64,000 bases of DNA from positions 7,306,213-7,370,212 of the forward strand of contig OZ234493.1 of NCBI GenBank assembly GCA_965153455.1, read 5' to 3'. Below are positions 1 through 13,329 of the stretch, piece by piece. A program made the translations under genes and the position numbers. The stretch is from Sphagnum compactum (lineage: Eukaryota). How positions within the stretch are numbered: position 1 is the first letter of the stretch; each line of letters opens with the position of its first letter. Below the pieces are notes generated by a model that saw nothing but the letters and a program-made list of their open reading frames with translations, did not search any database and was not told the origin of the DNA.

Positions 1-3000
1 CACAAAAACTTCACAAAAAGTTGGTAATGGCAACCATGCTACTACTACTACTACTACTTCACAATCACCCGATTTTGTTAGCTCAACTTGAACTCACTCG
101 ACATGGCCACTTTCAAACAACAAAAGGAAGAAAACAAAGGGTCAATCTTTTTCTCTCTTTTATTTGCATTCTACTACGTAATTGTTACAATATTATTCTC
201 ACATTTTATGCAGGTGGGGGTGGGCTATAGGTATAACTATAATAGTTTGCATGGCATTCACAAACCAAAATACTCCCTTTAGAACCAAAGAAGGCCATGT
301 GATATATACTATACTATATACCTCTTGCCCCCTCCCCTCACCTCCTCCCTTCTCCCCCCCCCCCCCCCCCCCCCCCATTGATTGGTTTTTTGTGGGTCCA
401 TTGCATGGGTCCATCCTTCTTTAGAAAGTGATCCATTGAAATTTGTGAGAGATTTTGTCTTTCTTTCCCCATTTTTTGGCAAAAAACTATGATAAAAATG
501 TTGTAAAAATGTCTCATTATGTTAAAGGGTTAGAGTTCAAAGAACTTACCAAAGAAAAACTACTTATATTTATTACCAAGATTTCATAAATTCTTTGTTT
601 ATTGTCAATGTGTAATTTTGAAAAATAAAATAATTATTTGGCATTCAAATGTGAAACTTTAAAATGTATTATAATACTATGGGTGGTGACAATATAATAA
701 GTCACCTTCACCTCCTTACTATTTTTCTTTAAAACAAATGGGTTAACCAATCAAAATAACATGGCAAAATTGGATTGGCTATTTAAAGAAAATATTTAAC
801 CAAAAACATCATTTGTACATATCAACAAAATTTTTTATGACCATTGCATTATCTTAATATCTAAAGATAGATTTAAAGATTTTCCCATAAATATGTTATT
901 TCAAATCTTTTAAAAATCCATTAAACAACAAAATCATTGGTTACACTACTATATATGAAAGTGTGTTTGGGTTCTTTGTATTCATTAGATTCATTTCAAC
1001 TTATCCCTATTTTCATAATATATTATGAACATTTTTGTATAAATACACTAAACATATTTTTACATTAAATTGACTTGCCATTTTAAAAGATTAAATATCA
1101 AATAATGATTACATTTTTTTGTGTTAATATATTGTGATTGCATTTCATTTATGTCAAGGTGTGAATAATTTATGTCATTTTAAAAGTGTTTCAAATCCTT
1201 TATAAAATGAAAAAAAACAATGAGAACTATGTTTTGAAAATGTTTTTTGTATATTCCATATTCATTTTGACTCCATGTTGTAATGCATTACTAGTGACAT
1301 TCAACTAATTAATTAATGAAAAAGATGAATTGATTTTAGGAAAATTAAATTCCATTCAAATGAGAATATTGAATGACATTACATGAAATTTCAATTGAAA
1401 TTGAAGAGAAATAGGATGCAAATTAGTGGAAAACATATTAAAATTCCATTCATGAATATGGTGTTCGAATTTTATTTTTTTAGAAAAACATAAATTTGAA
1501 AAGACACCTTTCCATGCAAAATTGTAGTCACGAAGTACAATTTTTCTGCATTTCAAATTTATATGAAGATGTGGACACCGAATGTGATGCCAATAATGTG
1601 AAGTTTAGGTAGATTTGAGAAGTTTAATACTTGACCTAATCAAATCTTTGAAAATTCTGAACAAAGGATTAAAAAATAAAATCATGCTGAGTATATTTGG
1701 TACTAATAAATAAATAAATATGAAATAATAGTTAATTATTAAAAAATAATTAAACATTTAGTTACTATGAAATAATTAATTATTCTAAATGATTATTCGG
1801 ATAATAATTTATCTGAGTATTCCTTATTTAATTAATTCTGAAACATATGATTAATTCTGAAATATCTCAATAATCTGATTTAGGTAGTTAATAAAAGAGT
1901 TACGGTTAATAGTTAATGACTATTCATTAATAAATATTTTATTCAGCTAATGAATAATAAATAATAAATTCTTGAGAAATTAAATTGTCTAGTTACGAGT
2001 GATGATTAATTAAAACTGATTTAATTTTTACTTAATAAATAAATAAATAATCATAATATATTAAATTTAATGGAAAAATGGATCAATTATATGTATTTAT
2101 GAATATGTTTTGTACATGTCTTTTTAATGTGTCCCTTTTGACTTAAAACTGACCCCGATCAGTCAAAATTCACAATCCAAAGAAAAATCTGCAAGTTTGT
2201 AAGGAAGGAAGTTTTTGTAGAACCGACATAGCCACATGTCATTGTTCTTCGTATTGTGTTTTGGGTTTTATTAACATGGCAAAGTTCGGAAGGGTGTCAT
2301 TGTTCGTATTGTGTTTTTGTTTCTATCAATATTAACACCACCAAGTTCGGAAAAGGGGGTATTGGTATAGGTACCACCTCTTTCGTTCTTTCTTTCTTTG
2401 ATGGTCAAAAAAGAGCTTGAATTGAGTGACAAATGATTGTTCTGAGATCCTTGGGACAAACACACAAACAATGAAAGGGGTGCTGAAAATGGGTTTTGGG
2501 TGGGACCAAGTGAGGACCAAGCTTTGCCTGACAAAGTGGGAAATTATGGAGCTTTGTCGGCGCAAAACTAAAGATGAAATTAGAAACCTTCTTCTTCCCA
2601 TGGATCATTTTCGTAACTATACACATTTCCATTTTGTTTTTTTGTGGGGGGGGGGGGGGGGGGGGGGTTAGGGTTCTATGGTCGGTGTTTAGTGTTCACC
2701 TATTCACCAACCCTAACCCTAACCTGAGATTGTTTGTGTGAAGAATGAAAGATTGGACCACCAAAACCCTAACCAAGAGTGTGAATCAACAGCCACTAGT
2801 GCAGCATCCATTGAAAGCCTCTTATGACTTGTTTGCACCCACCATTCATCCCTCATCCTGGACTGGTGGCTGGTTGGTTCACTCTTGCCCTAAACTCAAG
2901 AACTCATCTTACCTTCCAGCCATTTTCGGCAACCACAACCGAGTCATGACAATTTTCCAATGAATGATGTGCTGGTAGCCGTTCGTTCATTCTGGTCGGG

Positions 3001-3010
3001 ATTTTGGGCT

Positions 3011-3306
3011 TCATTCTTCACACAAACATCTTGGGTTTTAGGGTTAAGGTTCATTCTTCACACAAACACCAAGATGTTTAAGGTTAAGGTTCATTCTTCA
3101 CACAAACATCTTGGGTTTAGGGTTAAAGTTCATTCTTCACACAAACATCTTGGGTTTTAGGGTTAAGGTTCATTCTTCACACAAAGATCTTGGGTTTTAG
3201 GGTTAAGGTTCATTCTTCACACAAACATCTTGGGTTTAGGTTTAAGGTTCATTCTTCACACAAACAGCTTGGGTTTAGGGTTATTTTTCATTCTTCACAC
3301 AAATAT
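3011..3306 (+). repeat. ~39-40 bp minisatellite (about 8 units) containing a telomere-like TTTAGGG/TTAAGG motif
   Basis: Unit TTCATTCTTCACACAAACATCTTGGGTTT(T)AGGGTTAAGG repeats head-to-tail. Confidence 0.9.
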
Positions 3307-3654
3307 CTTTCTTGGGGGTTTCCAATGGCTGGGTTCTGGACACCATCATCTGCTGGATGAGCTTTCATGAATCCAGGTCCAACATGAAGTCAAATCTGCA
3401 CAACATACCTGGGCTTAGAGTGAGTACACAGCAGCTTTTGGGCATTTCAAGCCCACTCACTGTTGGTGCCAGAGCTTTGTTTTCACTATGAAGAGCACAC
3501 AGACCCACAATGGTATGGACATGGGGAATGAGTAGGTACTACTTTTTGTGTTTACTTCGCACCCAAAGTGTATCCCTTTTGTTCTATTCTTCTTGTCATA
3601 ATATAATGACCTTTTAGGTAGACATTCCATTGGGTTTTGAGAAATGGCCTTTGC

Positions 3655-4258
3655 AGGGGTGGGCCTGTATGATGGGCCTTTCCGCCAATTCCACCAAAAA
3701 TTGCATTTTCGTAATTTCTCACCGTAAAGGCCCACTTTGATCATTACGCCAGATAATGCCCTAGTAGCACAGCATTGCACCCCAAACCTAGACATGACTG
3801 AGAATTGCATCTTGTAATTTCTCACTGTAAAGGCCTGCTTTAATCATTATGCCATATAAAATGGCCTAAATAGAATGGCATTACACCCCAAACCTGGACA
3901 CGACTGAAAATTGCACTTCGTAATTTCTCACTGTAAAGGGCCTGCTTTGATCATTATGCCAGATAATGCCCTAGTAGCACGGCATTACAACCCAAACCTG
4001 GACACGACTGAGAATTGCATTTTGTAATTTCTCACTGTAAAGGCCTGCTTTGATCATTATGCCATATAAATGGTCTTAGTAGAACGGCATTACAACCCAA
4101 ACCTGGACACAACTGATAATTGCATTTCATAATTCTCACTGTAAAGGCCTTGCTTTGATCATTATGCCAGATAATGCCCTAGTAGAGTGGCATTACACCC
4201 CAAACCTGGCACTCTGCCGTTGGTTCACGGGGTGTAATGCCCTGTTGCTAGGGCAGGG
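3655..4258. repeat. Repeat element with 5 x ~104 bp internal tandem units (A-B-A-B-A variants) ending in an inverted-repeat hairpin
   Basis: Units start AATTGCA at ~3699, 3803, 3909, 4014 and 4118. The end folds back: GCCCTAGTAG..GGCATTACACCCC / GGGGTGTAATGCC..CTAGGGC. A related single-unit copy lies at ~5765-5905. Confidence 0.8.
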
Positions 4259-5764
4259 AGAACTAACCCTACACAGACCATATCCCCTAAATTCTACATT
4301 CAGAAGCCTTGGATGGATGGTGGGTGGACAGGAAACACTTTTTCATTGGGTTTCAATTCCACATGGTTAGCAGAGTTTCTGGTCTTACTACTTACTAAAC
4401 AACTTACTATAGCCTTAACCTAGGTATTAACCATTTAAATGGAGTTAGACTATCCACTCAACTTCAGATTTTAGAGAATTTTTGGATAGAAAATTCTCAC
4501 ATTTCTTCAATAGGTAGTAAAAACAAAGGGACGAACACCTGAATTGTGTTATTACGAATGAGCCCGAAAATTGACATCTGACTTTTGAGTGTTAGTGATC
4601 CCTCAACCCCACTCACAAACATGAAAAATTGGACACTACAAGGTGAGAGACTACACCATTAGTTCTATAGATTTTGGAGGCATGCCATGAGATTACAAAT
4701 ATTTCAATAATGGCAAGCAAACAACTCCAGCACCTTTGGATGAAAACAACAACACTGCACCTTCTAACTAACTGTGAAAACCACTCCCTCCTCGGGAAGA
4801 GGAGAGGGGGCATACTGCTTATTTCTTAACAATGGGGAGAGATCTTCCACCAGTAAGTAAAGCATAAGATCCCCAAGAGTGGGAGAATTCTTCTGCCAAT
4901 ACTTAAACATCAGATCCTCAAAGGCATAAGATCCCTCAGACACACTCTTGAAGAGTAGGTGTAGTAGCCCACCCCCTCTTACACCTTGGGAGCGATGTAT
5001 GTTTAGGTTAATGACAACCTCCTCTGCATGCTTTACAATGGGTAGCGCCTGCAGGTGGAGGACATTCACAAACTGTGGGGCTGGACTTGCCAACTAGTTC
5101 ATCCTAAGGTCCCATATTCTGAGGATGTCCCCATACCAGGGCTTTACCCTACTACTTGTAAATCCCTGGACAACGTCAGAAAACACTCATCTATTCTCCA
5201 CAAAATTCTGAAAAATTGGATGTTTTTAATCACTATTAAAAATACTCTGTTATAAGGTGGGGGGAAAAATACATATTCCCAACTAGCCTAGAGTTAAGGT
5301 ATTCCAAAAGAGCAGAATCAAAGGAAAAAAAGTAAAGAGCAAGAGAAGAGAGAAACCACACCAAGATTTTACAAGACCATGTCACTCAAAACCAAATGTC
5401 TATAAATGCATGTTCAGCATTTTCAAAGCTTAATTTTACTATAACATCCTTAACTTCAATGACAACCTAACCTTCATGCATCCATAGAATAGAAAAAATA
5501 AACAGTCATGTTAGCTATCCATTTGCACCCAGATCATTTTTTTCCAACATGGAATAGGTCAAAAGTGACTCATCCTACCATATAAACAACTTCTGTTTTT
5601 TGGCACATCTACTATCATAAAACTAATTCATTTGGCATTCAATCACCTAACCATATTAGGTGATTCCATCATCTCTCATTACTTCATTTAAACCAAGCGT
5701 GAAGGGCAAAGTCACTACACAATGAACTTGCAGGCAAGCATTGCATTTTGCAAAATGCCCCCAC

Positions 5765-5905
5765 ACTGGGTGGCCTAGCATGAGGGCCCTCCCGCTCATG
5801 ACAAGATAGTATATAACATAATTTCCGACCATACTGGCCTACATCAGGTAATAGCCCTGGTAGCAGGGCATTAAACCCAGGACCAAGGGTGGAGTGTAAT
5901 GCCAT
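5765..5905. repeat. Diverged single-unit copy of the 3655-4258 element
   Basis: GGGTGGCCTAGCATGAGGGCCCTCCCGC matches GGGTGGGCCTGTATGATGGGCCTTTCCGC. GCCCTGGTAGCAGGGCATTAAACCC..GTGTAATGCC matches the unit and hairpin end. Confidence 0.6.
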
Positions 5906-6672
5906 GTTGTCATTACATCACCCTACACTTAAAATCCCACAATTAGTTAATTCCCATTGAGAGGATACAGATTGCTTGCCCAAAGATACACTTACCAAAC
6001 AAACTTACAGAAAAGAGCAAGAAAAATGAGAAGTATATCATGAGAATGGAAGATAAAATTGAAGGTGAAACAAAAGCAAGAAGTCCAAGAAAACTTAATG
6101 AGTAGAAAGAATAAACAATGTACACATAATAGACACAATGCAACACAAGAAAAGAGACACACCTACAGAACATATTCTCAAAACAACAAAACATAGACAA
6201 TATCAACAACATACATGGCAATGTATGCATTCAAAACCACAGAAATCACCAGAAGCACGTCCACATTTACCACATGTAACCAGCAGAAAATACTGAATAT
6301 TTTGGTTGAGCATATGATAAGACTAAAAAGTTATGGTACAAAGACTTTATGCCACACTGGGAATAGCCTGTAAGTATGAGTATCACAAGTGTAATTGCTC
6401 TCCAGAAAATGGGAGCTATTTGTATATGACTGCTGCTATCATTATGTACGTTTGAAACTTTAATGGCTAGACAAAGGGTTCTTAAACTGGATAGTTGGCT
6501 CTTGACAAAAATGTGTTTTCCCGCATCAATAATAGGAATTTTTAGGTGTAGAAATTCAGATAAAGCAACAAGACTCTTACTACATTACACTATGCCGTTG
6601 CAAAAACAGACTTTGTGCACATTATCAGATTTCTGTACATGTTATTCTCTTTAGAATTCTATTGAATAAGTA

Positions 6673-9134
6673 TCAGTAGAGCTTGGTAGCATGAGAGAAG
6701 GTTGGTGGCATACCCCACACTTGCTTTGTACCCCACTGCTTTGCACTTGAGAGGTGCATGTTACTGTTCCGCCCTTGTTGACAGGTAGAGTGTTTTGGAA
6801 ATGATCTTGGATCCTGTCTCCTTGCTTGCAACAACTCAGGTGCTTCTGTGTAAGATGCCCATTGTGAATTGTCAACATGCACCTTGCCTGATCCTGCCAC
6901 AAAAAAATAAAGTCAATTCCCTGAACAGTCGGATTGATGTTTTTCAGCATGCAAGAAAGCTGCAGAACTGTCAGTCAAATATGTGTACTGCTAATAAAAC
7001 TTCTACCTACAGCAATACTTTCACAGTAAAGCAATATCTCATCATGTCTGTGTCACATGCCACATCCACCAAATGCTGGAAAAAAGAATAACTGCCATCC
7101 CCGGATGGTGTGACTTGAAACCAAAAATGCTATTTCAGGACATGGGAAGAGCTGAACTTACCATGATACAAATTGTTTGTCGTGTAGGAGGGACAACCAG
7201 CTGTCTTGGGGACATTGGAGTCTTCTTGTGGAACTACATCAGTGTAACAGGGGTAATCATCCCATCCATATACATGAGCAGTGCCACGATTTTCCTGGAA
7301 ATTATTTCCCCAGGCTGCCACCTGAGCAGCTTCAGCTGCTATTGGTGGCTGAGTTGTAGTAGGGCTCAGACATTCATTCACTGCTCCACTCCCCCAACCT
7401 GATATATGTCCAAAAGGCAGAGCCCCATCATTCAGTCTGCTTCCAGCTTTACCCTCCATTCCATCATTAGTCCACATAGTTTGGCAGGCCATTTGAATCC
7501 CCCCATCATTGTTCCAACCATCATGTGCTGCCAATGACACAGGCCAGCTTGTTACAGGCTCAGGAACTGGCAATGGTTCCCATCCCCAGTTGTCTGTTTT
7601 GGGTAACATATCTGGTGGTTGGGCATCTATAGCACCCCAACCATCACAGTGCACCACATGGTTTTCCCAGCCTGATGGCACTACTGGCAAATTTCCCTCC
7701 CATCCATTCATACTTGCCATGCCGTTGACCTCCGGTATACCTAAGATCACTGGGCTGTGAGGCCGAGGAGGAGTTGCAACATTTTCATGGATGTAACCCT
7801 TTTTTCCTTCTGCAATAGAATTGCAGATGTCAGCAGATTCTGGAACACTACATGAAGTTCTTGTGTTCCAGTCAATGTTGTTATCAATGTAGAGGTCGGG
7901 ATTAAAATCCAAGCAAGATTGAGTTGAGCACTTTCTCTCTTTGGCCAGCTCCCAAGCTTCTTTTACACCAGAGTCATCCCAGTTGATGACACTCAGGATA
8001 TCAGCTTTACCATACCAATCACCAGTTGGTTGATCCCATTGTGAACTCAAGTTCTCTGGCAAGGCTGCACATGTAGACAGCAAACTAGAATAAGTCAAGA
8101 TACCACGAATTTACATGAGCGTAACACCCAAAGAAGCCTACCCCAGCCAAGGAATCAAGCACAGCCTCCAAACACTTAAGCCCAAAATGTTCCCTGATAA
8201 TGCTACAGTATTGTGGAGTCTCGATGGCTTCAGAAGAGAAGACATGCATCACTCACTGTATTGGAAGAATGAAAGAACATGAATCAATCCAAATTACATG
8301 CTCTGCAAAGTTCTTTTACATTAATTGCACACAATGACATCTCTAGGTCTTGTAAGTAATCATGTGTGTTCTGTCATGGCATGTAAAATGGTTCTACAAG
8401 ACCATTGTACAAGCACTTCAAGGCCTCTATCGTGCGGTTCCTGTTAATAATTCCAATCGATTTGTTCCACAAAAATAGCACTGGATGCCTAGGGTTCCAA
8501 CTCCTCTATCCTGTGGTCCCTTGTAAAATTCTGATAACTTTGTTCCACAAAAATAATGCTGGATGCCTACAACATCAACCATCATGCTGAGACAGGAACC
8601 AATGATATGCTTTTGAAACTTTCAACTGCAGACTATGAAGTCAGTTTCATAAGACAGAAATGCTTTGAGATATTTCCTCAGCCTCATACAATTCAACTTC
8701 ACTTCCGGAGAAGAAAGGTCTCAACAGCATGCACAGAAGTCTGCACAATCCACGACTTGCTTTTCTCTGTCTGTGTCTCTCACGTTTCACAAACCAATCT
8801 GGAAACCAACTCAACACCAGAATGCTGTCACAAGTATGTGCATTGTGCATAATCCTTTTCCTCTTTCCCCATGTTCAATAGTATGAATTGTGGTGTTGGT
8901 GTATCAGTAAGACTTGCCAAGGTTGATTTGGGCCAGAAAAGGTGCATAACATGGAGAGAAGAGGTTGTTGACACACAAGGTTTGGAAAAGGCTTGGGTGG
9001 TGATGCAAACCTTTGATGTCATACTGTGAGTTTCTTGGCACAGGCACTTTGTCATGACGTTTCCAAGTGGACTCCACACTGGTGGAAAAACTATCCCGTT
9101 TCCGTCCCCTCCCAGATCCACGCCTGCCTCCCAT
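6673..9134 (-). CDS. Uncharacterised plant protein, ~415 aa; exons complement(9011-9134, 7162-8064, 6673-6893)
   Basis: ATG at 9134 (MGGRRGSGRGRK). Splice sites AAAG|GTTTGC, TGCAG|CC, CATG|GTAAGT and GGCAG|GA are all phase 1 and join to 1248 nt in frame. Contains VINWDDSGVKEAWELAKERK..NPDLYIDNNIDWN, a motif I recognise from a conserved plant protein family of unknown function, followed by GW/WG-rich low-complexity sequence. Confidence 0.75.
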
Positions 9135-10395
9135 GGTGGGCTGTGCAATGTGCCACTTGAAACTAGATACTTTAGTCTTCACAACACCTACCGTTTCCCC
9201 CCAAACAAAGACTCTTTTAACCAAACCCTCAGAAGAAATAAATCCTACAAACATAACACAAGAAAAACACACACAGGAAATAGAGAGAGAGAATCAGAGA
9301 GACTACTAAAACAAGGCTTTTCTTTTCTTCTTTCCAGAACCTTCTTCTTCTTCTTAAGGACGTACGATGCCACATTACACAGAATTGAGAAGAGACTAAA
9401 CGGTTTTCATATGTTGGAAAATAACAGAACCAGAGTACTATCTATACTGAGCAAGACCACCTTTGCTTCACTAGGGACCTGAAGTTCTCTGCAAAGAATC
9501 CGAGAGCAGCAACAGCAACGTACCTGTGTTATTTCTTTGTTTTTTTGCTCAATTACAAACGAGTCTCTCCAGAAGCAGGAAGAAGAATTGAAGCGCGTGT
9601 CTGCAAGCTTGTTTCTTGATGTCTTTTCTCTACTTCCTGACGATGATGATCACCGTCGTCGTCACTCGACGGCCTCTTTTTCAATAACCCTAAATGTGCA
9701 AACTCTTACGTTTTCCACTCCCTAAAACAGCTTCCGCGCTTGCTTTCGCGCTCCAGAGAAGCTTTCTCCACAAACGAGGCAATTTTACAACATGATCGTG
9801 AAGCAAAAAACCCCGCGTCTGTCTGCGGATTCCAATTTGCACTCCTCCTTCCAGCCCGAGCAAAGAGAAAAGAAACTGCTGGAAACCGCAAACCGAAAAT
9901 CCCCTCCGCTTCTCGAAAGCCTTTCACCTCGTACGTTTGGCTCTAGATGATGATCGATGATCTAGCAGAACACCACAAAAGAAACTGCGCAACCACAAAA
10001 ATATATGTACAACTCTCCTGCAAACGGTTATTCAGCACCGCTTCAAAAACAGGAGACTACAATAGACTCCGAAATCAAGGGAATTCTTTCTTTTTCAATT
10101 TCTTTTTCTTTTTTTCTATATACGTCTGTGTTTCCGACCGCGTCTCTGGAAGATTTCCAGCAGAGAAACGCAAAACAGTAGGGGAAAAGCACGCACACAG
10201 AAGTAATGCACACCGAAGGAAAAAAAAATCCTGACCAGGACTAAACCAGCACCAAAACAGGAGAAAAAAACATGTCTGTGCGAAGAAGCGAGTGTTAAAG
10301 AAGCGGAAAGCATGCTCTCGTCTCCCGAGGCTTCACGACAAACACAAAAATTCGCAACAAAACGGCGCATTAAAGAGAGAAGCGAAAAAAAATAT

Positions 10396-10414
10396 GCGCG
10401 CGCGCGCGCGCGCG
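10396..10414. repeat. (CG)n tract near the presumed TSS/5'UTR of the 6673-9134 gene
   Basis: GCGCGCGCGCGCGCGCGCG lies within the CpG-rich segment ~9600-10500. Confidence 0.8.
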
Positions 10415-10488
10415 TACCAACAACATACCAACAAAAGGGGCGCCGGAGACGTGGCCGAAGGCGGCGGGAGAAGAAGAGGAAACGATGA

Positions 10489-11010
10489 CACCTCGCGGGA
10501 TTAGTAACAAAATCCAGAACTAATCAGTTCTTGTGACTTACTAATCTCTCGTGATTAGTCACAAAATATAACCGTAAAATCTCACTAACCAGTTCCCGTA
10601 ACTTACTACTCTTGCGCGATTAGCCACAAAAACATAAACGTTAAGTTTCACTAAAACCAGTTCCAGTAACTTACTAATCTCTCGTGATTAGTCACAAAAC
10701 ATAGTTCCAGTAACTTACTACTCTTGCGGGATTAGCCACAAAAACTATAACGTTAAGTTTCACTATAACCAGCTCTAGAAAGTTACTAAATCTTGCGTGA
10801 TTAGTGACAAGACATAAGGTAAAATAGCAATATAACCGGTTCCTTTAACTTACTAATCCTGTTGTGATTAGTTACAAAAACATAAAGACTAAATCTCACT
10901 ATAACCAGTTCCGGTAACTGACTCATCTCGCTTTATTAGTGACAAAACTGAACACAAGATCTCACTAACCAGTTCCGGTAACTTACTAATCCTGTGCGAT
11001 TAGTGACATG
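10489..11010. repeat. Tandem array of ~45-68 bp units (8 full + 1 partial), each with an internal dyad ACTAATC-N6-GATTAGT
   Basis: Core CAGTTCCNGTAACTTACTAATCNNNNNNGATTAGTSACAAAA occurs at ~10525, 10590, 10658, 10703, 10770, 10837, 10906 and 10970. Confidence 0.9.
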
Positions 11011-13329
11011 ACATGACATAAAATCTACTTGTGCCATGCAATTAACAATGCAAATCTAAACCTACATTTGGGTAATGTTTTGGAGGGAAACATGGTGTGA
11101 ATTTTATTTTTTCATGAAATAAACATAACATTATGAAAATAATTACACAAACTTGAATTTTGTAACTTGGATACTTCAATCAAAATTATATTACTAATCT
11201 TCATTACTTTGAAGCTACAAATTTATGTGAAAAATATTGTTTTGTGTATGATATATTTACATAATTTGTCAAATTAATATTAAAATTTGCAATAAACTTA
11301 AAAATCATCATTGTAATATTCTCTTTGATGTTTTATCATCAACCAAGTTGAATAGACACATTTCTTTGTGAATGGTTATGCACATGCTACAAATCATGGA
11401 ACTTTCCTTTTGCTACTCCAAAATTGAAATTGAAACCTTTGAAAAAAAATCTTGAACATAAGTTTGAATTCTTTGGATATAACAAAGTGAACTTTTTTGA
11501 AAAGTTGGCAAGTAGTTTTAAATTTGTAGGTGATTGATGAAATTTAATTAATTGAAGAACTCCATACCTATCCATCCCCAAGTTTAGATTTGGTGTAAAT
11601 CTTTATACTCATACACTATGTAGTTTTGAACCCTGCGGGGGGCGGGGGCACTTAGTGTAAAGTTTGGGATCTACGTGCGTCAAATGATCATTTTTGGAAG
11701 GGTATTAGATCATTGTCCAACCTATTTTTTTATCACTCTATTATTATCTAATTTTTTAATATTACATATTGAAGCCATCATGTATTAAATATAATTCATT
11801 ATTTTAGATTATCACATACCTATATTATAATTAAATTGAATATTTGAATAAAATGTACCTTTTTAAAACTAATTAACTTATGATTTTTATTTAACAACCA
11901 ATATATTCCACCTTATTTGTTTTTCACATACTTTCTTTTATTTATTTATTAATGTCCCCTTCGGGAGTTTTGAGGAGTGTGTAATTTGTACATGAAGCTA
12001 GACCCATTTTCAAAATAAGCCCAAAGGTGCTTAAATTTGAAAAAATGTGCCAAAATCACATCCATATGGTTTAAAAATATGAACAAATGAACTCAAAGTT
12101 ACACCTAGAGAATTTAACATTTATTTTGGGGTCAAAATTGAAATTGGATGTTCTCTTCACAAGAAAGAACTAATGAACATTAATTGTAATGCCAAGTAAA
12201 ATGATAAATAATCTTCACAATATTCAAAATGGATGGATTCAAAGGTGATTTAAAAACTTGCATTATGTAAATAGAAATTAAAATAGAAATTTTTTGATCT
12301 TTAAATTTGGTTGAAAAGATCTTGATATGGGTTTTTTCTTCCTAATTGTTTTTGAAAACTATTGGAAATCTTTGTTATTGATATATTTTCCTAACTATAC
12401 CTTTTTACCAAAAAAATTAAAAATTCATAACATAATATAAAAACCAATTTGGTGGAATTGTGGGATGTTTGCATACTTACAAATTCTTTGATAATGTGGA
12501 ATGTAATATATGAAGCATATTGAAAAATTCAATATTCAAACTCAATGGACAATATTTTCATTATGTTGGCACAAATGAAAAATGACATATCTTTTTCATT
12601 TACATCATATAGGACAAAACTCATATATTTGGAATACACCTAAGCTTATCATATGGCTCAATCATCAATTCATATCTTCCTTGAATTCTTGTCACTAACA
12701 ATGACTTATTACAATCATCAACCGTTTAAACGAATAAATTGCATGAACAAATGAATCTTATATGCACTTCAATCCACATGCAAACTTATTAGTTGTCCAC
12801 AATCCTTTCTTTTCTCTACTTTGTACATTTCCTCTATTATCCCTTTTGTTAGCAACAACATATTTGTTTTATAACAACACATATCACACAACATTTCCAA
12901 GTTCACTTCAAGAATTGTGATCCATTTTCTCATCTTCACATTAACATGATTTTTGCAAGCATGTAAGTCAACGAAAATGCTTGTAGTCTTTGGCCATTGA
13001 AAAGCGTCCAAAATGTGGGTATATGTTTCAAACTCAAAACAATTAGCAATTCTTTAGTTTTGAATCACACATGATCCATGACTAACTTGGTAATATTTTT
13101 TTGTTTTGAATAATCCTCATCACTCATGTAGAGGGGATGATGTTCAAGGTCAACAAAAACGGAATTTTATCATTGGAGCATACATTCTTTTTCATCAAGT
13201 TTTGGTGTTTTCATCGAAGTGGACTTAAGAAATGGCCTTAATACATCTATCCCAACTCACATGTCAAACTCATACAACTCTCATGAAATAACAACAAACA
13301 TTTGAAATACTCAAACGTGGATGAAGGTT

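Noticed and set aside
353-376. Poly-C/G tracts (also 2646-2667, 31690-31711, 42527-42548) as functional G-quadruplexes
   Set aside because: Simple homopolymers with no supporting context; lengths may be unreliable in the assembly.
4560-5255. GC-richer, protein-like ORF 4764-5093 (minus)
   Set aside because: No recognisable domain or splice structure; probably a TE remnant.
8205-8262. C/D-box snoRNA (GTGATG...CTGA, minus strand)
   Set aside because: The boxes are only ~15 nt apart and box C is imperfect.
10489-11010. CRISPR array
   Set aside because: Linkers are short, variable in length and similar to each other, repeats are degenerate, there are no cas genes, and the context is eukaryotic.
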